The translations under genes and the position numbers were made by a program. Below are positions 1 to 11,645 of a stretch of 64,000 nt of DNA, in pieces. The DNA comes from Lepidodermella squamata (Eukaryota; Animalia; Gastrotricha), in NCBI GenBank assembly GCA_047495785.1, contig JBLDXI010000059.1:1-64000 (forward strand), in the 5' to 3' direction. The stretch's first letter is position 1, and each line of letters starts with the position of its first letter. The notes below the pieces were generated by a model. It was not told the DNA's origin and ran no database searches. It saw only the letters and a program-made list of their open reading frames with translations.

Positions 1-101
1 AATTTCAAGACGTCCGTGCGATTTTTCAATCCGTGGATAACTTTGCCGACCTCGGCTGACCCTGGGGTGACATTTTCACCAAAAATCAGGCGCAGGTCCA
101 T
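1..101 (-). CDS. Family A copy A0 (5' end only; runs off the window)
   Basis: Reverse complement from ATG at 101 reads MDLRLIFGENVTPGSAEVGKVIHGLKNRTDVLK, matching the N-termini of A1 and A4. A TTTCAG acceptor lies 12 nt upstream of the ATG. Confidence 0.85.
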   Translation of the reverse strand, partial: MDLRLIFGENVTPGSAEVGKVIHGLKNRTDVLK

Positions 102-710
102 TATTTAAATCTTCTGAAATGAAAAAAAGGAATCGATAAGAACAAACGATGGAGACTTCGCAGCAAATCGAAGCCAAAGCGCGCAAAAAGCATACAATGG
201 GGTGAAGGCTATATTGGCAATCTTTTCTCAAGCTTCTTTAGGAGGCCTCCTTTATACGATGAGTGGTACCCAAGGAATGGAAGAATAGCTCCGACTAGAT
301 GGCTATACTACATGTAGAGGTTCAATGGCTGGGAAGTGATCTATTTAAATTTCAAAAGTTGGGAAAAGCCAAGCTAAAACGAGGGATAATTTGAAAATGC
401 TGATTATAATTTCAGAAACATTAGAATTTTACAATTTTTAAAGATGGAAACATTCAACATGTGACGCATCTGACAGGTGGGATCTCGGCAAATTTCCTGT
501 AACAGCAGGGCACTAGCGTGTGTTATCAAATGCTCTAATCCTATCGTTCGTAATCTTCGAAAGTAAAGTCTATAATATGAAAAAAAAACAAATAAAAGCC
601 ATTGAAAAATAAATCATATTTGACAAGTGAAAACGAATATCTTTTATTCATATAAAATTTCAAAATGGAGCATCAAGATTATTGTTATGATTAATTCTAC
701 GGAATGAAAT

Positions 711-2730
711 TTAGACGCCGGGAAAAATGATATCATCGAAATGAAACAGATCAAGGCTTTCGAACTGGGAAAATTCAGCTTCAAATTCCATATCTTCTAG
801 ATTTAGATATCGCATGAGGCTCACAGGTAGGGGCAGGCTTTTGATAGCATTTTGTCGGTTATTAAGCCCACGAGGTAACTCGCGCAAGATGGTTTGTCGA
901 GCAAGAAACTGCAGAGAAAACGGATAGGCGGACGAGAAGATTGCAGGCAGATGAGCCGGCAGATCAACACCCATGCCACGCAACCAATAATTCATATCTT
1001 CCAATGAAAACTTTTCGACGATCGTCGCCTTTTCGAATTTTTCAAGGTTGCACAACGAGAGGGCGAAGCAGAAAAATGCATGGCTCAGCGACGCATTTTG
1101 TATGATATCGGATTTTACAATGAAAGAAATCAGCCGGAGCATTTCAGCATTTTTGAATGGCATCAAGCCTTCCTGGAGATATCCAGCACGAGCCAGCGGT
1201 AGAAAACAGAACTTTAAGAAAGAAGGGGCCATTAATTCAATGTCCGCATGCTCAATTGGGAAGGCAAATATGTGGCATGCCAATTTTGCGAATGAAGCAT
1301 CTTGGCCGCGTTTGCGCGCATTTTCGACAATACGTTCAAAAACATGGTGGAAAAATTCGGAATGTGGTGAGCGATCTGCATAAGGTAACGAAGGAGTTCA
1401 ACGCAATCCAAGTCTTCAATCGATCCGAGAAATGTATCCAGCAGCATATCCACGACTTTTATTAAGTTTGTTGGTTCGTTTTCAGTCTTGAATTTTCGAA
1501 ACCAGCTGCAGCACAATTCTATCAATTAATCAAAAAGAACTGTGTATTTAGAATTAAAATTAAATTAAAAAATAATCAGTCTAGAAAATCGTAAACTTTC
1601 CAGATGAAAGGCCCATTTTCGATTGTTTTGGCATATATTTAAGGCGGTTTTTCACGCTCTAAAAGATGGCAGTAGGCGTTGAATGGTCGAAATATTAGGT
1701 GTCAAAATCTCCGCATAGCGATTTTTCTCCGCAAGACAACAGTCCTATGGCCTTGTAACACCAAGGTCCAACCATGGTAAACAGCCCACCAGAAAAACGT
1801 GCCCAGGAGTGGAGATCTAGCTACTTGCCAATGTTTTGCTATGATTTTGCGGTGATTCACGTTTTGAATTTTACAGGTGAGCGAGTGCGTCGGATTTAAA
1901 ATTCGCTTGAGTAAAATCACCTCAGCTCTATCCGAAAAAATATTTCACGGTGATCTGAAAACATGAGCTGGGTCGTCGGTCAAATCGACGTGGAATTGCC
2001 CTATTGAATTTCTTGAAATTAAGGTAGCTTTTAAAATTCTTCGTAAATTGTGCCGATTGAAAGACATAGATGAGCGAAATAGCTCATCATTCAGAGTCGT
2101 TACGGTAGTTAAAAAATTACGTTCGCAATAATGATTTCCGAAGCTGAAATAACTATAGTTGACGCTTCCCGATATCAGCTTCAGGTCACTTCGCCACATT
2201 TTAGCCAAGTCTCCACAAATCAGCACACTGTCGTCGGGAATGCTATTCGTCGCGCGGCTGTGCCAGTATAAAGCTTCAAAGTAAGCCGTGACAAGTGGTG
2301 GTAAAACATGAGCTGGAATTTCTCTTTTCTCATTTACGATTCGCCGGAATTTCTCGTAATCGCCACAACTTATCGCCAGTGATAGACCGATAAAGTCGCA
2401 GGGTGAAAACTCTGTCTTCAACTTGAAACGTGACTGTCCAGTATTCCCATTTTTCACGCGATTCAGCTCGATACAACAGTCAATGAGCGGTGGGGAAAGC
2501 CAAGTGAAGAAATTTTCAATAGCAGAATCTCTAACATAGATTGAACCGTGGGATAAGTCCAAGCCCAAGCTAACTGACCCGAAATCGGGAAGAGGCTGTA
2601 CTGAGACCTGGTCAGCCAGCTGGGGGAATTTCTCTTTCAGCATGTAAACCAGCAATCGCAAAGCATCATCCAGCGATGGACCAGCATTAAACTTATCGCT
2701 AGCGAACAAATTATAACGGACTTCAGCCAT
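711..2730 (-). pseudogene. SOCS-box protein B1 (2 exons, intron 1519-2120; apparent frameshift at A5 run 1338-1342)
   Basis: Colinear with the paralog at 21206-22630, with the same phase-1 intron (GAA C|GTAATT...TAG|AA TTG). C-terminal SOCS box SLQFLARQTILRELPRG...IKSLPLPVSLMRYL. The frame shifts between PNFSTMF and ERIVENARKRG, which could be a homopolymer sequencing error. Confidence 0.75.
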
Positions 2731-3097
2731 TCTTTATCACTTCAATTTCGCTATAAATCCCTAAAAGATTAAATGAGAGACACCAAAATTTGACCGATCT
2801 GCCGCTAGAGCTTGGATTGAAATGAGCAACATAGAAATTCAGATATTTCGGACCTCGACAGTCATCCACATAAAAAGCCAAGGTGCAGTATTTTTCTCGA
2901 TTTAAAAGCCATCTAAAAAAAATTAAAATGGGTCAATGGTTACCGTTTTTCTTCTCACAGCGATAAAAATGAACATAAGTATAAAGTTCAAAGTTAGTTC
3001 GATAATTTGGCAAACGACCATTTTTTCCGTTGTAATTTAAAAATCGAACAAGATCACGTAATGAAATGTTAAAAAAAACTAGCATTTATTTTTTCAG

Positions 3098-5365
3098 CTA
3101 GAACAAAATTTTGAAACAAGAGGTTTTCTTTCGTAGTTCATTGGTGAGACCGGCAGGTATGTTGTCAAACGAAATTTGTCGCAAAGCTTGAGCAAGAAGA
3201 CCACAGATTTGGCGTTGCCGCTCCGAAAGTTTGGCACTGCTCGATTTGATGATTTTCGTCAGTGCAATAGCGAATGCCATGGCGAACGTCTGATTCATCC
3301 ATTTTTCCGCATCAAGTTGATTCGGCCGTTGCAGCAGGTTGTTGATGATGCCGAAAAGTTCATTGATGAGACGAGGCCTAGCTTGCAGTAAAACCTCAAC
3401 AGGCAACAAAGGTTCCGGGCCAGAAATTAACAGTGTTAAACAAATCGAAGCATTGATTGGATCAAGCGTGTTCTCATACCACTTCGGCGCGAAACTCGAC
3501 AATTTTAGAATTGACGAGGCTACTTTCAGCAACGAAGCGCGATATTTAGCCGCAATTCTCGCACGAGAGACTGGATCTTTCAAATTACGAAGAACAACAG
3601 CAAGGCATACGTAACCGCTAAGCACGGTGCCTTGTTCGTAAAAGCTGAGATATAACCCGAGCAAAGGGTCAAATTTCGGGTCAGTGAGAAGTTGCGAGAA
3701 AATCGTCTCGCCCTTCATAGCAGGCCAAGCCAGGAACCTTACCAGGTGAATGACCAGTTGTCTCAAAGCTGGGTCGGTTTCGATTATTTCAGTATTCAAC
3801 GCGATCGCTGTCATGAAACTAGAGCAGAATTCGCGGTTATTCGCAGGAATCGAAGCGTACTTCTGCGCATCGGCACTTTCCGTGAAATTATGCAATCCTA
3901 CCAGGGCAGCCGTCCCTATTGTTGATCCGTGATTTTCTCGCTTCTCCAGCTCGAAAAATTTGAGGATGACACCGATAAACGAATATAGCGAGGCCAGATT
4001 GAGCAACGAATCGGGTGGCTTGGAACAACAACTTGTGGGGACTTGCCACATTATCGCATTGATCAAACGGAAGGTCCAGTAAGTCACTTCACAGCCAGTG
4101 ACGCTGTTATGTCTGCAACCGTCCCAGCCAAGGAATTCTGCGGCCGATGCTGAAGCGACGAGGCAAAATCGATCAATCGTCTGGGCAATTTCATGATCGG
4201 GCAGGCTCAGAAAATTACGTCTCATAAGTCCGTTTGATTCCCATTCAACATTAGCCTTGTTGATGATGAAATAGGAAATATTTGCATGTGAGCCGCCGTA
4301 GCCATAGTAGGAGAAAGCGTGATCAGCTGGTCCGCTGAAAATCATGAGCATCGCAGTTTTCGCGAACCAAGTCAAATCGTCGAAAAGCGGCAGTTTTCGA
4401 TTGACTTGATAGCTGGATCCAACATCCTTCCAGAGTGGCGATTCATTGTCCCCGGCAGCCACATCTGGAAACGTGAAATTGATCCAACTGCCAATGATTT
4501 CAAGGTAAGTCCCAGGAAGGGCTGTAGAAAACTTCTTCAAAGCGCCTGGGGTAGCGAGGCTTGATCCAAAATTGATCAGGAATTTACGAAACCACGGCTG
4601 CTTCTCTACCTTGCCGGCAAGATTTTTGTCGAAAAAACACATCATAACCCGCATGGTCGAAAACAAATGACCGATGAATCTCAGTTGCGATGGATTCAAT
4701 GCGACGAAATCGGCATTCGAGATCAAATCGCAGAGAAATTTATTTTCAGCCAATTTTTCAATCAGCAGAAAGCATTGCTTAGTGAAATGTGGAGTTACCA
4801 TCGGAAGCCTATTCCCAAATGGATTGATGACATTTCTAAGCAGCCACGTGAGATAGATCAACTTTTCATCCAGGTTGTCTTTCGGAGTTATCGACAAAAT
4901 AACACTCGCAGGTGAAAGACAATACATGACAGCGTCAATTTCCCTCAGATCGATGAATTTTTCCATTTCGTTTTCAATTGCAACTTTTTGTTCGACTTCC
5001 CAGTGACGGATTTTGGCCATCGTGAAGAAAGCATAGGCCCGTTTCGAGTCTCCACTTTTGTACAGCGCTTTGGCAGTGCGGCAATGCAATTCTGAATCGA
5101 ATCCTCCCAACAAATCCGAGATTTCGTACAAACAATTGACGACATCTCGCCAATTTTTAGATTCCTGGGCTTTCGCAGCTTTTTCTTCCAGCTCGGCAAT
5201 TTTCTCGTTTCTTTTGCTGACTTCATCATCACCGCCTGCAGCTCTACGACGGGCTTCATTACTCAAGTTCAGGACGTCGCTGCGATTATTCAATCTGTGG
5301 AAAAAGTTGCCCACTTCGGCTGACCCTGGGGTTACAGTTCTGCCAAAAATCAGCTTTAAATCCAT
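3098..5365 (-). CDS. Family A copy A1, 755 aa TPR-like + helical solenoid protein of unknown function
   Basis: Intronless long ORF with the MDLKLIFG...PGS start, TPR-like KAAKAQESKNWRDVVNCLYEI, and shared motifs PLFDDLTW, IDRFCL and NNREFC. Confidence 0.9.
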   Translation of the reverse strand: MDLKLIFGRTVTPGSAEVGNFFHRLNNRSDVLNLSNEARRRAAGGDDEVSKRNEKIAELEEKAAKAQESKNWRDVVNCLYEISDLLGGFDSELHCRTAKALYKSGDSKRAYAFFTMAKIRHWEVEQKVAIENEMEKFIDLREIDAVMYCLSPASVILSITPKDNLDEKLIYLTWLLRNVINPFGNRLPMVTPHFTKQCFLLIEKLAENKFLCDLISNADFVALNPSQLRFIGHLFSTMRVMMCFFDKNLAGKVEKQPWFRKFLINFGSSLATPGALKKFSTALPGTYLEIIGSWINFTFPDVAAGDNESPLWKDVGSSYQVNRKLPLFDDLTWFAKTAMLMIFSGPADHAFSYYGYGGSHANISYFIINKANVEWESNGLMRRNFLSLPDHEIAQTIDRFCLVASASAAEFLGWDGCRHNSVTGCEVTYWTFRLINAIMWQVPTSCCSKPPDSLLNLASLYSFIGVILKFFELEKRENHGSTIGTAALVGLHNFTESADAQKYASIPANNREFCSSFMTAIALNTEIIETDPALRQLVIHLVRFLAWPAMKGETIFSQLLTDPKFDPLLGLYLSFYEQGTVLSGYVCLAVVLRNLKDPVSRARIAAKYRASLLKVASSILKLSSFAPKWYENTLDPINASICLTLLISGPEPLLPVEVLLQARPRLINELFGIINNLLQRPNQLDAEKWMNQTFAMAFAIALTKIIKSSSAKLSERQRQICGLLAQALRQISFDNIPAGLTNELRKKTSCFKILF

Positions 5366-5678
5366 CGTAAAATCTAAATAAAAAGAATTAATGATGAATA
5401 AACCAATAACGTCACACCGGGGTCACTTTGAAATGTCAAAATGAAGCGAATTTGAGATATCAAAATGGTATATAGTATACAGGTACCGCAATATATTCCG
5501 GCAAATCCAATGATATATTTTAATCAAAATTCAAATCGACTTTCATTTGTTTCAGAGGTCAAATAGTAGCGATACTTTTCCCCGCTAATAATAAACTCTA
5601 ATTAACGAACAATCAAGGAAAACCCATTTTTACTTTTTGCAACAATCGAAAAACCATTCGGAAATGAAAAACAAGATG

Positions 5679-7862
5679 TCACGGGTTGACAAATTTTCGA
5701 GCTCGAGAAATAAGCGGCTTCAATAGAGATCCGCTTGACTTGGCAATATACCTAATAGACGGTGAGTTTTCACACAAAACAGACGTGGCCAACGTAACAG
5801 ATGAAATCACAATTTTCACAGTTACTGTTAGATTTTTGGTGAATGCTGGCTCTTTCAGCCACAAAGCTTTGCTGTTAATGAAACTTCGCAAGTTATTATG
5901 GATAGATTCGGCATCTTTGCGGCTTAAATCGCCGATTTTCGCCAACATCGGCTGACGGCCGATGAGACCATGTAAAGATAACATTGCCCAAACAAAATTA
6001 CTTGGGTCAGTCGGGCGAGATTTCAAGTTGCTAATCACATCGCCGAGAATCTTATTCCATTGCTTGGCAAATTGAGTCATTTCAAGGCGGCAATCGACGT
6101 CAATATTTTCCAGTAAAACAAACAAACACTTGAAATCACCGCCGCTTATAAACTCAACCACGTTGCGGGAGTAAGCTGAATCTTTGGTCATTAACCTGAC
6201 GAGCTGAGGCGATTTAGGATGCAAAATTGTAAGCGCGAAATATTGATGTGCAACATATAGCAGGCGGTGAAAAGATTCATCATGGTGTGTCAAATTGACA
6301 GCAAAAGGCAGCAATCTGACGAATCGATAGTAAAAATCGTCGCAGTTAAGCAAAGCTAGGATGCTGGCATTCGCTTCAAATAGAATGAAACGGAGACAAA
6401 ATTTCGATCTCAAGATGCCGAATTCATTCAAATTGCCATACGCATCAAGCAATTTTTCCAGTTCGAGAATTTTAAAAGCTGCAAACGAAGGATGGTCGGG
6501 TAAAAAAGCGCGTAGGCCGCTTTCAACAAGCATTCCACAGAACATATCCATCAAAAGACGAAAATCTGCAATAGACGTTGATGGCGATTCGTTTCGACCA
6601 GTGTAATTTCCGGGCTTCTCAAGCATCACTACTTGGAACCAATCGGCCGCAGTAATAGCCTTCGCTATGAGCAACAAATCAATAGCCTTCGATAAGGCAG
6701 TTTTATCAGTGGTTTCGATTGCTTTCATGACATTTGGATTTTTAGGCGCATCAACAACGTACGGGCTCAGTATTAAGCTCGCGATGTCAGAAGAAGGGAG
6801 CGCTTTTGAAATTTCATTTAGATTTTCTGGCATTACTCGGGTGAAAATACGAAGATTTATAGCTGAGGCAATCCAATGCAAATCATCCAGTGGTTTCATG
6901 GGAAACTGATCCTTCTTGGAAATGATCAAAGTAGCCAAACCCCACCAGGACAAGAAAATGTCCTCGAACAGCCCTTGGCCACGTGTTGAGCAAATCCGTT
7001 TCAGAGCCTCTTTCGTGACAAAACTTCGACTGAAAGACTCGAAAAAGCTTCGAAACCATGGGAGCGCAATCAGAAACTGAATTGCCTCTCCGTTACATCG
7101 CATTTTTTCGCAAGTTATGGCCCAGACAACCAACACACGGCAAAAAAACGAAACAAATTGAAGGTGGAAAAAACTCGAAGTAGCGAGGTCAGCTGTTGCT
7201 AGCAGCTTCGCCAATTTTTTGTTTTTCTCAAGTTCAGAGAGACATCCCAGTCGTTCGGACAATAGCTCATTTTTCTCATTCTTCACAACTTCGTACAAGT
7301 GAACGATAATGAAAAGCAATTGTTCAGGATATTGGGAGTCATCAATCTTTTCGAAAAGACGGTCAATCGCCTCTTGCGTGACTTTCCGATCGATATTCGT
7401 TAGTTTCCCCATGGTAAATTGCTCGCCGGTCATTTCAAAGCCGAGCAAGCTATACGCCCGCCGTATCAACGCGTAAAGCAACTCGACGCGAGGAACGTCT
7501 TTCCGAGAATGAGTGAGGACAGACCCGATGGCAATAGCTTCTTCGTACCACTTCATGCCAATGTAGCCAGTCATTATTTCGACAGCTTTTTCAGTAGAAA
7601 TTCCGAACGCAGTGTTCGTCGCCCTGCGAACAGCTTCTTCGATGCAGGTCAATCGAGCAGCAAACCCCCGCCTGTCAATTATTTCTTGAATTCGCAACAG
7701 ATCGCAATAATACTCGCAGGTGTCGAAATTCGGGGCGGCATTCAGGACAATATTTTTCGCAAAAGACGCTACTTTGAAGCGATTGTCGAGGCCTATGAAG
7801 GTCTTGTACACGTCTTCAGATCCGGGTACAGCGTTCTCTCCAAAAATTAATTCAAAAGCCAT
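5679..7862 (-). CDS. Family A copy A2, 727 aa
   Basis: Intronless ORF starting MAFELIFGENAVPGSEDVY, with PLDDLHW and IDLLL...ADW motifs. Confidence 0.88.
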   Translation of the reverse strand: MAFELIFGENAVPGSEDVYKTFIGLDNRFKVASFAKNIVLNAAPNFDTCEYYCDLLRIQEIIDRRGFAARLTCIEEAVRRATNTAFGISTEKAVEIMTGYIGMKWYEEAIAIGSVLTHSRKDVPRVELLYALIRRAYSLLGFEMTGEQFTMGKLTNIDRKVTQEAIDRLFEKIDDSQYPEQLLFIIVHLYEVVKNEKNELLSERLGCLSELEKNKKLAKLLATADLATSSFFHLQFVSFFCRVLVVWAITCEKMRCNGEAIQFLIALPWFRSFFESFSRSFVTKEALKRICSTRGQGLFEDIFLSWWGLATLIISKKDQFPMKPLDDLHWIASAINLRIFTRVMPENLNEISKALPSSDIASLILSPYVVDAPKNPNVMKAIETTDKTALSKAIDLLLIAKAITAADWFQVVMLEKPGNYTGRNESPSTSIADFRLLMDMFCGMLVESGLRAFLPDHPSFAAFKILELEKLLDAYGNLNEFGILRSKFCLRFILFEANASILALLNCDDFYYRFVRLLPFAVNLTHHDESFHRLLYVAHQYFALTILHPKSPQLVRLMTKDSAYSRNVVEFISGGDFKCLFVLLENIDVDCRLEMTQFAKQWNKILGDVISNLKSRPTDPSNFVWAMLSLHGLIGRQPMLAKIGDLSRKDAESIHNNLRSFINSKALWLKEPAFTKNLTVTVKIVISSVTLATSVLCENSPSIRYIAKSSGSLLKPLISRARKFVNP

Positions 7863-8399
7863 CAAAAATTGAAAAACCTAATATAAAATATAGGTAAGTT
7901 GAAATTATAAATTTTCAGAACATGTATCGCTTCGATATTTATTTTCCGAGACAAATAGGTAACCAGAGCGATGTATCGTCAAATTTCGATTAGCTCAAAT
8001 CAGAACTCATAATGCGATTCCAGATCCTCGTCAAGATCAGGGGTCATTTTATTCAAAATTCGTCATAAAAAACAAGTAGAAGACGCAAAATTCCACATAG
8101 CGCAATATAGCAAAACAGAGTAATTAAGCACGATCAGAGTTTGTTGATGAGATTTTATCGATGTAATCGATCGATACCGTACAAGGTTATATTTATAAGC
8201 CCATACTGGCCTCTGAAAGTTCGACTATGAAACACGTCAGGATAAGCAAACAGTACAATACTCAACAGTTACAATTAGCTGCATTCATATATCTGAAAGA
8301 AAACGTTTTATTAAAATCAATTTAAAAATTCATAGACACAACAAAGAGCGATTATACCTCGCAAAAATGAAGTCAAGCGTTTCTGAGTATAAAATTAGA

Positions 8400-10565
8400 T
8401 CAAATTTCCAACAACAGGTGAGAATTTTCAAAAATAGAACACAGATGGGGAGATTTTCGACGTAAAAAAGTGCATAGGCTAACAATGTCAGACATTTGTT
8501 TCGAGGCAGGTTCAAAGAAAGGCCCTGCCCTTCCGGCACCAAGTTCACCTAAATTTTGAGAAATATGGCTGAAAAGGGAAGCTGCTTCTTCGCCAGTCCA
8601 ATCTTCAAATCGAGCCAATTCAGGTTGGCGACAAATAAGCGCATGCAAAGCAAGCAAGACGATCAGCGAATCGTTTGGACAGGCAATTTCACCAGCTAAA
8701 TTTCGGCGAACCCGTGCCGAAAATCGTTGCAATTCCGAAGGAAATTCAGCAGCGAGTTCACGGCGGAAATCGGCATCGCTGCTTCGTAAAACCGCCGTCA
8801 AAAACGGGAAGCTGAATTTGTCGTAATGAAAAGCAAATTTAAACATTCCTCGCGACAATTCGAAATTCTCAAGGACACTTCTGTAGACTGAATATTTCGA
8901 AAAAGTTGTAGCATCTGTCAAAAACTTGAAAAATCGAGTAAGTGCCGACTTTCGTCGTTCTTTTTCGACAATTGAAATCGTAGCGAGTTGAAACGCTCTA
9001 GGAAGCACTGCGAGCAACTTTTTTGAAAATTCGTAGTTAGAAATGAGAGGACGAAAGCTCAACTTGGCCAGCAGCATCATGAGCCAGCTTCCGAGTACTT
9101 TTTTCCCACGTTCGTTTAACGCGAATTGCGATAATTTTTCGAGTTGCACTAGGCAGACAGCCGCATGAGAGCCTCGATTTCGCAGCAAATTTCCCAGAAT
9201 CTCAATGACGGCGGCTGATTCGTACAAGGCATTGAAAATTGTGAAATACAATAACCGGCTGGAAGTTGGGTCGTCTTTCTCAACAGGCGGATATCGAGTA
9301 TAAGCTGTTTTATCCCAATCAGCGCAAACCAAGATATCGACAAGGGACAGCAAATCGATAGACTTTGAAAGCTTATCTTTACCCAAATTTTCAGTGGCCA
9401 TTTGAAACTCCAAGTTGCTGGTAGCTAGGAGTTTCAAACAGGAAGCCATTTGCATAGCAAATCGATCACTTCCAGGAAACAAATGTTCAGCACAATCGGG
9501 TTCAAAATACGTTTCCTGGAAGAAAAGCTGGAAGGCAATAATCGAGGCGTACCATTCAAAATCATTGAAAGGTCCCAACAGCTGCAAATCCTCTTTGTTT
9601 GATAATATGCGAGAGATATAAGGCTGAGCCAGTGAAGACCAACCAGCTAACAAATTCTCATAGGTCCCTTCGCCTGGTTTCAGAGCCAGGCGAATCAAAC
9701 CTTCCTTTGAAACCAAGTTGTATCCAAATGATGAAATGAAGCTTTTGTACCAGTCTTGGCTGATCAAAAAATCACTGGCCCGGGTTGACTTCTCTACTAT
9801 ATCGACCAATTCGACCCATTTGCTCACCATCAAAGTGAACCAAGCGACAAATTGAAGTTCGAAAAAGGAATCCGAACACAAGTTGATTTTTGATAGGATG
9901 TTTGAAATTACAGGATTATGGCCAAATCTAGCGATTACGTTCAACCTCCGACAAAACACCTCCGTAATGCCAGGGTCATTACAATTTATGAGGCGCAAGA
10001 GATGGGTGGCGAGAAATAGGAGTTTTTTCGTACTATCGAATTGATTTGCCATGAGAAGGCGATCGATTGACGAATCCGCCTCGGCTGCGTCGAATTTTTT
10101 CTGCTGCCCGCCTAGCATGATATTATCGATGAGTGAGACGCTAGGCAGGCGGTCATAGCCGAGTTGGGTGTAACACGATTCAACGAGAGATCGAACGGCT
10201 GGTGAACCTTGAACATTTCCGAGCGACAATTCGTAGATGGATCCAAGTCCGATTGCTTCTTCGAAGCGGCCATTGTCCATGTAGACATTCATTATAGCAA
10301 TGGCATAGCGAGTGGGAACCGAGCCGTTTCTCCAAAACAAATAATTAACAGCCCTTACTTCAGCCTCTTCCACAGGACTGACAATGATGGGCCTATGGTA
10401 AATTAAAGGCCATTCTTGAGGATCTGAGTAGAAATTGAGCAGGTGTTGGCGTAAGTCTGCGATGAATTTAGCAACTTTTGACCGGTCATTCAGCCCAACG
10501 AAACGATTGTAGACGTCTTCAGAACCCGGGACGGCATTTTCACCAAATATCAGTTCAAAAGCCAT
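8400..10565 (-). CDS. Family A copy A3, 721 aa
   Basis: Intronless ORF whose first 19 aa are identical to A2, with PFNDFEW and IDLL...ADW motifs. TTTAG directly abuts the ATG. Confidence 0.88.
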   Translation of the reverse strand: MAFELIFGENAVPGSEDVYNRFVGLNDRSKVAKFIADLRQHLLNFYSDPQEWPLIYHRPIIVSPVEEAEVRAVNYLFWRNGSVPTRYAIAIMNVYMDNGRFEEAIGLGSIYELSLGNVQGSPAVRSLVESCYTQLGYDRLPSVSLIDNIMLGGQQKKFDAAEADSSIDRLLMANQFDSTKKLLFLATHLLRLINCNDPGITEVFCRRLNVIARFGHNPVISNILSKINLCSDSFFELQFVAWFTLMVSKWVELVDIVEKSTRASDFLISQDWYKSFISSFGYNLVSKEGLIRLALKPGEGTYENLLAGWSSLAQPYISRILSNKEDLQLLGPFNDFEWYASIIAFQLFFQETYFEPDCAEHLFPGSDRFAMQMASCLKLLATSNLEFQMATENLGKDKLSKSIDLLSLVDILVCADWDKTAYTRYPPVEKDDPTSSRLLYFTIFNALYESAAVIEILGNLLRNRGSHAAVCLVQLEKLSQFALNERGKKVLGSWLMMLLAKLSFRPLISNYEFSKKLLAVLPRAFQLATISIVEKERRKSALTRFFKFLTDATTFSKYSVYRSVLENFELSRGMFKFAFHYDKFSFPFLTAVLRSSDADFRRELAAEFPSELQRFSARVRRNLAGEIACPNDSLIVLLALHALICRQPELARFEDWTGEEAASLFSHISQNLGELGAGRAGPFFEPASKQMSDIVSLCTFLRRKSPHLCSIFENSHLLLEI

Positions 10566-10943
10566 CTAAATAATAAATAATATATCGCGATAAAAATGAA
10601 AAATTAACCAAATACGAAATTGAAAGGAAAGGTCTAATTCCGCTCAAAATAAATGGTAAAGGAACTTCAAATTCAGATAAGGAGAGGATGGGCGTTATCC
10701 GGAATAAGAAATTTTAAAAAATCTGGCAGTTAAAAAATAAGAAAATACTTTCAAAATATCGTTGGGTTCTGCTGAAAGCTGTAGTCTTTTAGAGTACCAA
10801 GGTGTGGATTTCAGCTTTGGAACGGATCCCCTAGAATAAATTCCCTGATCTGCGTTTATTGGGGATTTCTTCCTAAATTTTATTCCACATTTCGCGCGAA
10901 ATCAAAATCGCAGCAGGAGAAATAGTAGTGATATAAAAATGAC

Positions 10944-11009
10944 TAGAGCCAAGCAAACGAAATTCCAAGTTTCAAGTAGAGCCAAGCAAACGAAATTCCC
11001 AGTTTCAAG
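10944..11009. repeat. Tandem duplication of a 33-bp unit (x2)
   Basis: TAGAGCCAAGCAAACGAAATTCC(A/C)AGTTTCAAG repeated head-to-tail with one mismatch. Confidence 0.9.
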
Positions 11010-11645
11010 CTAAAGAAAATTTCGTGAAATGACCTTCGCCATTCTGAAATCATTCTGAGCGTCAACAGCTGCACGAAGAATGCATACATTTATTTGAACA
11101 ATTTGGCTGGCTAGGCCACAAAACACTAATTTTAGACGACCCCATGTTTGCACATTCGAGCTGTCGCCACGGAGATAAAATTGGTGATTCGCCAAGTTCA
11201 ATAAAATAGCTTACTCATGGCACAGCTTGGCTGTAATCTGAAAACACCTTTTCCTCACCTTTCTGTTTCTAACTAAAAGCAATAAATGAAATGCATCAGC
11301 CACTTATGAGCTTGAAATCACGTAAGTTTCAAATATCTACCTTAAAATTAGAGACTCACTGTTACTTAGAAATTAGAAGGTGGCCACATAAAATCGGCAA
11401 AAATGTCAATTTATAAAGAATTTTATTCGAATCCTCTTGAAGTTCGAAGCCCAACATTACCAACTTCTAGGAAATCAATCGGATGTATGAGTCGGAAAGA
11501 CAACAATTCAAGAATTGAAGCGAAACAGTTTTATTCCTTTCTGCTATATTCGACGATTCATTGATCAAAATATTTATCAACATTCAAGCATGCAATTGAG
11601 CAGAAATTACAAGAGAAGCGCAAAAACGGGATCATTGATCTCAGG

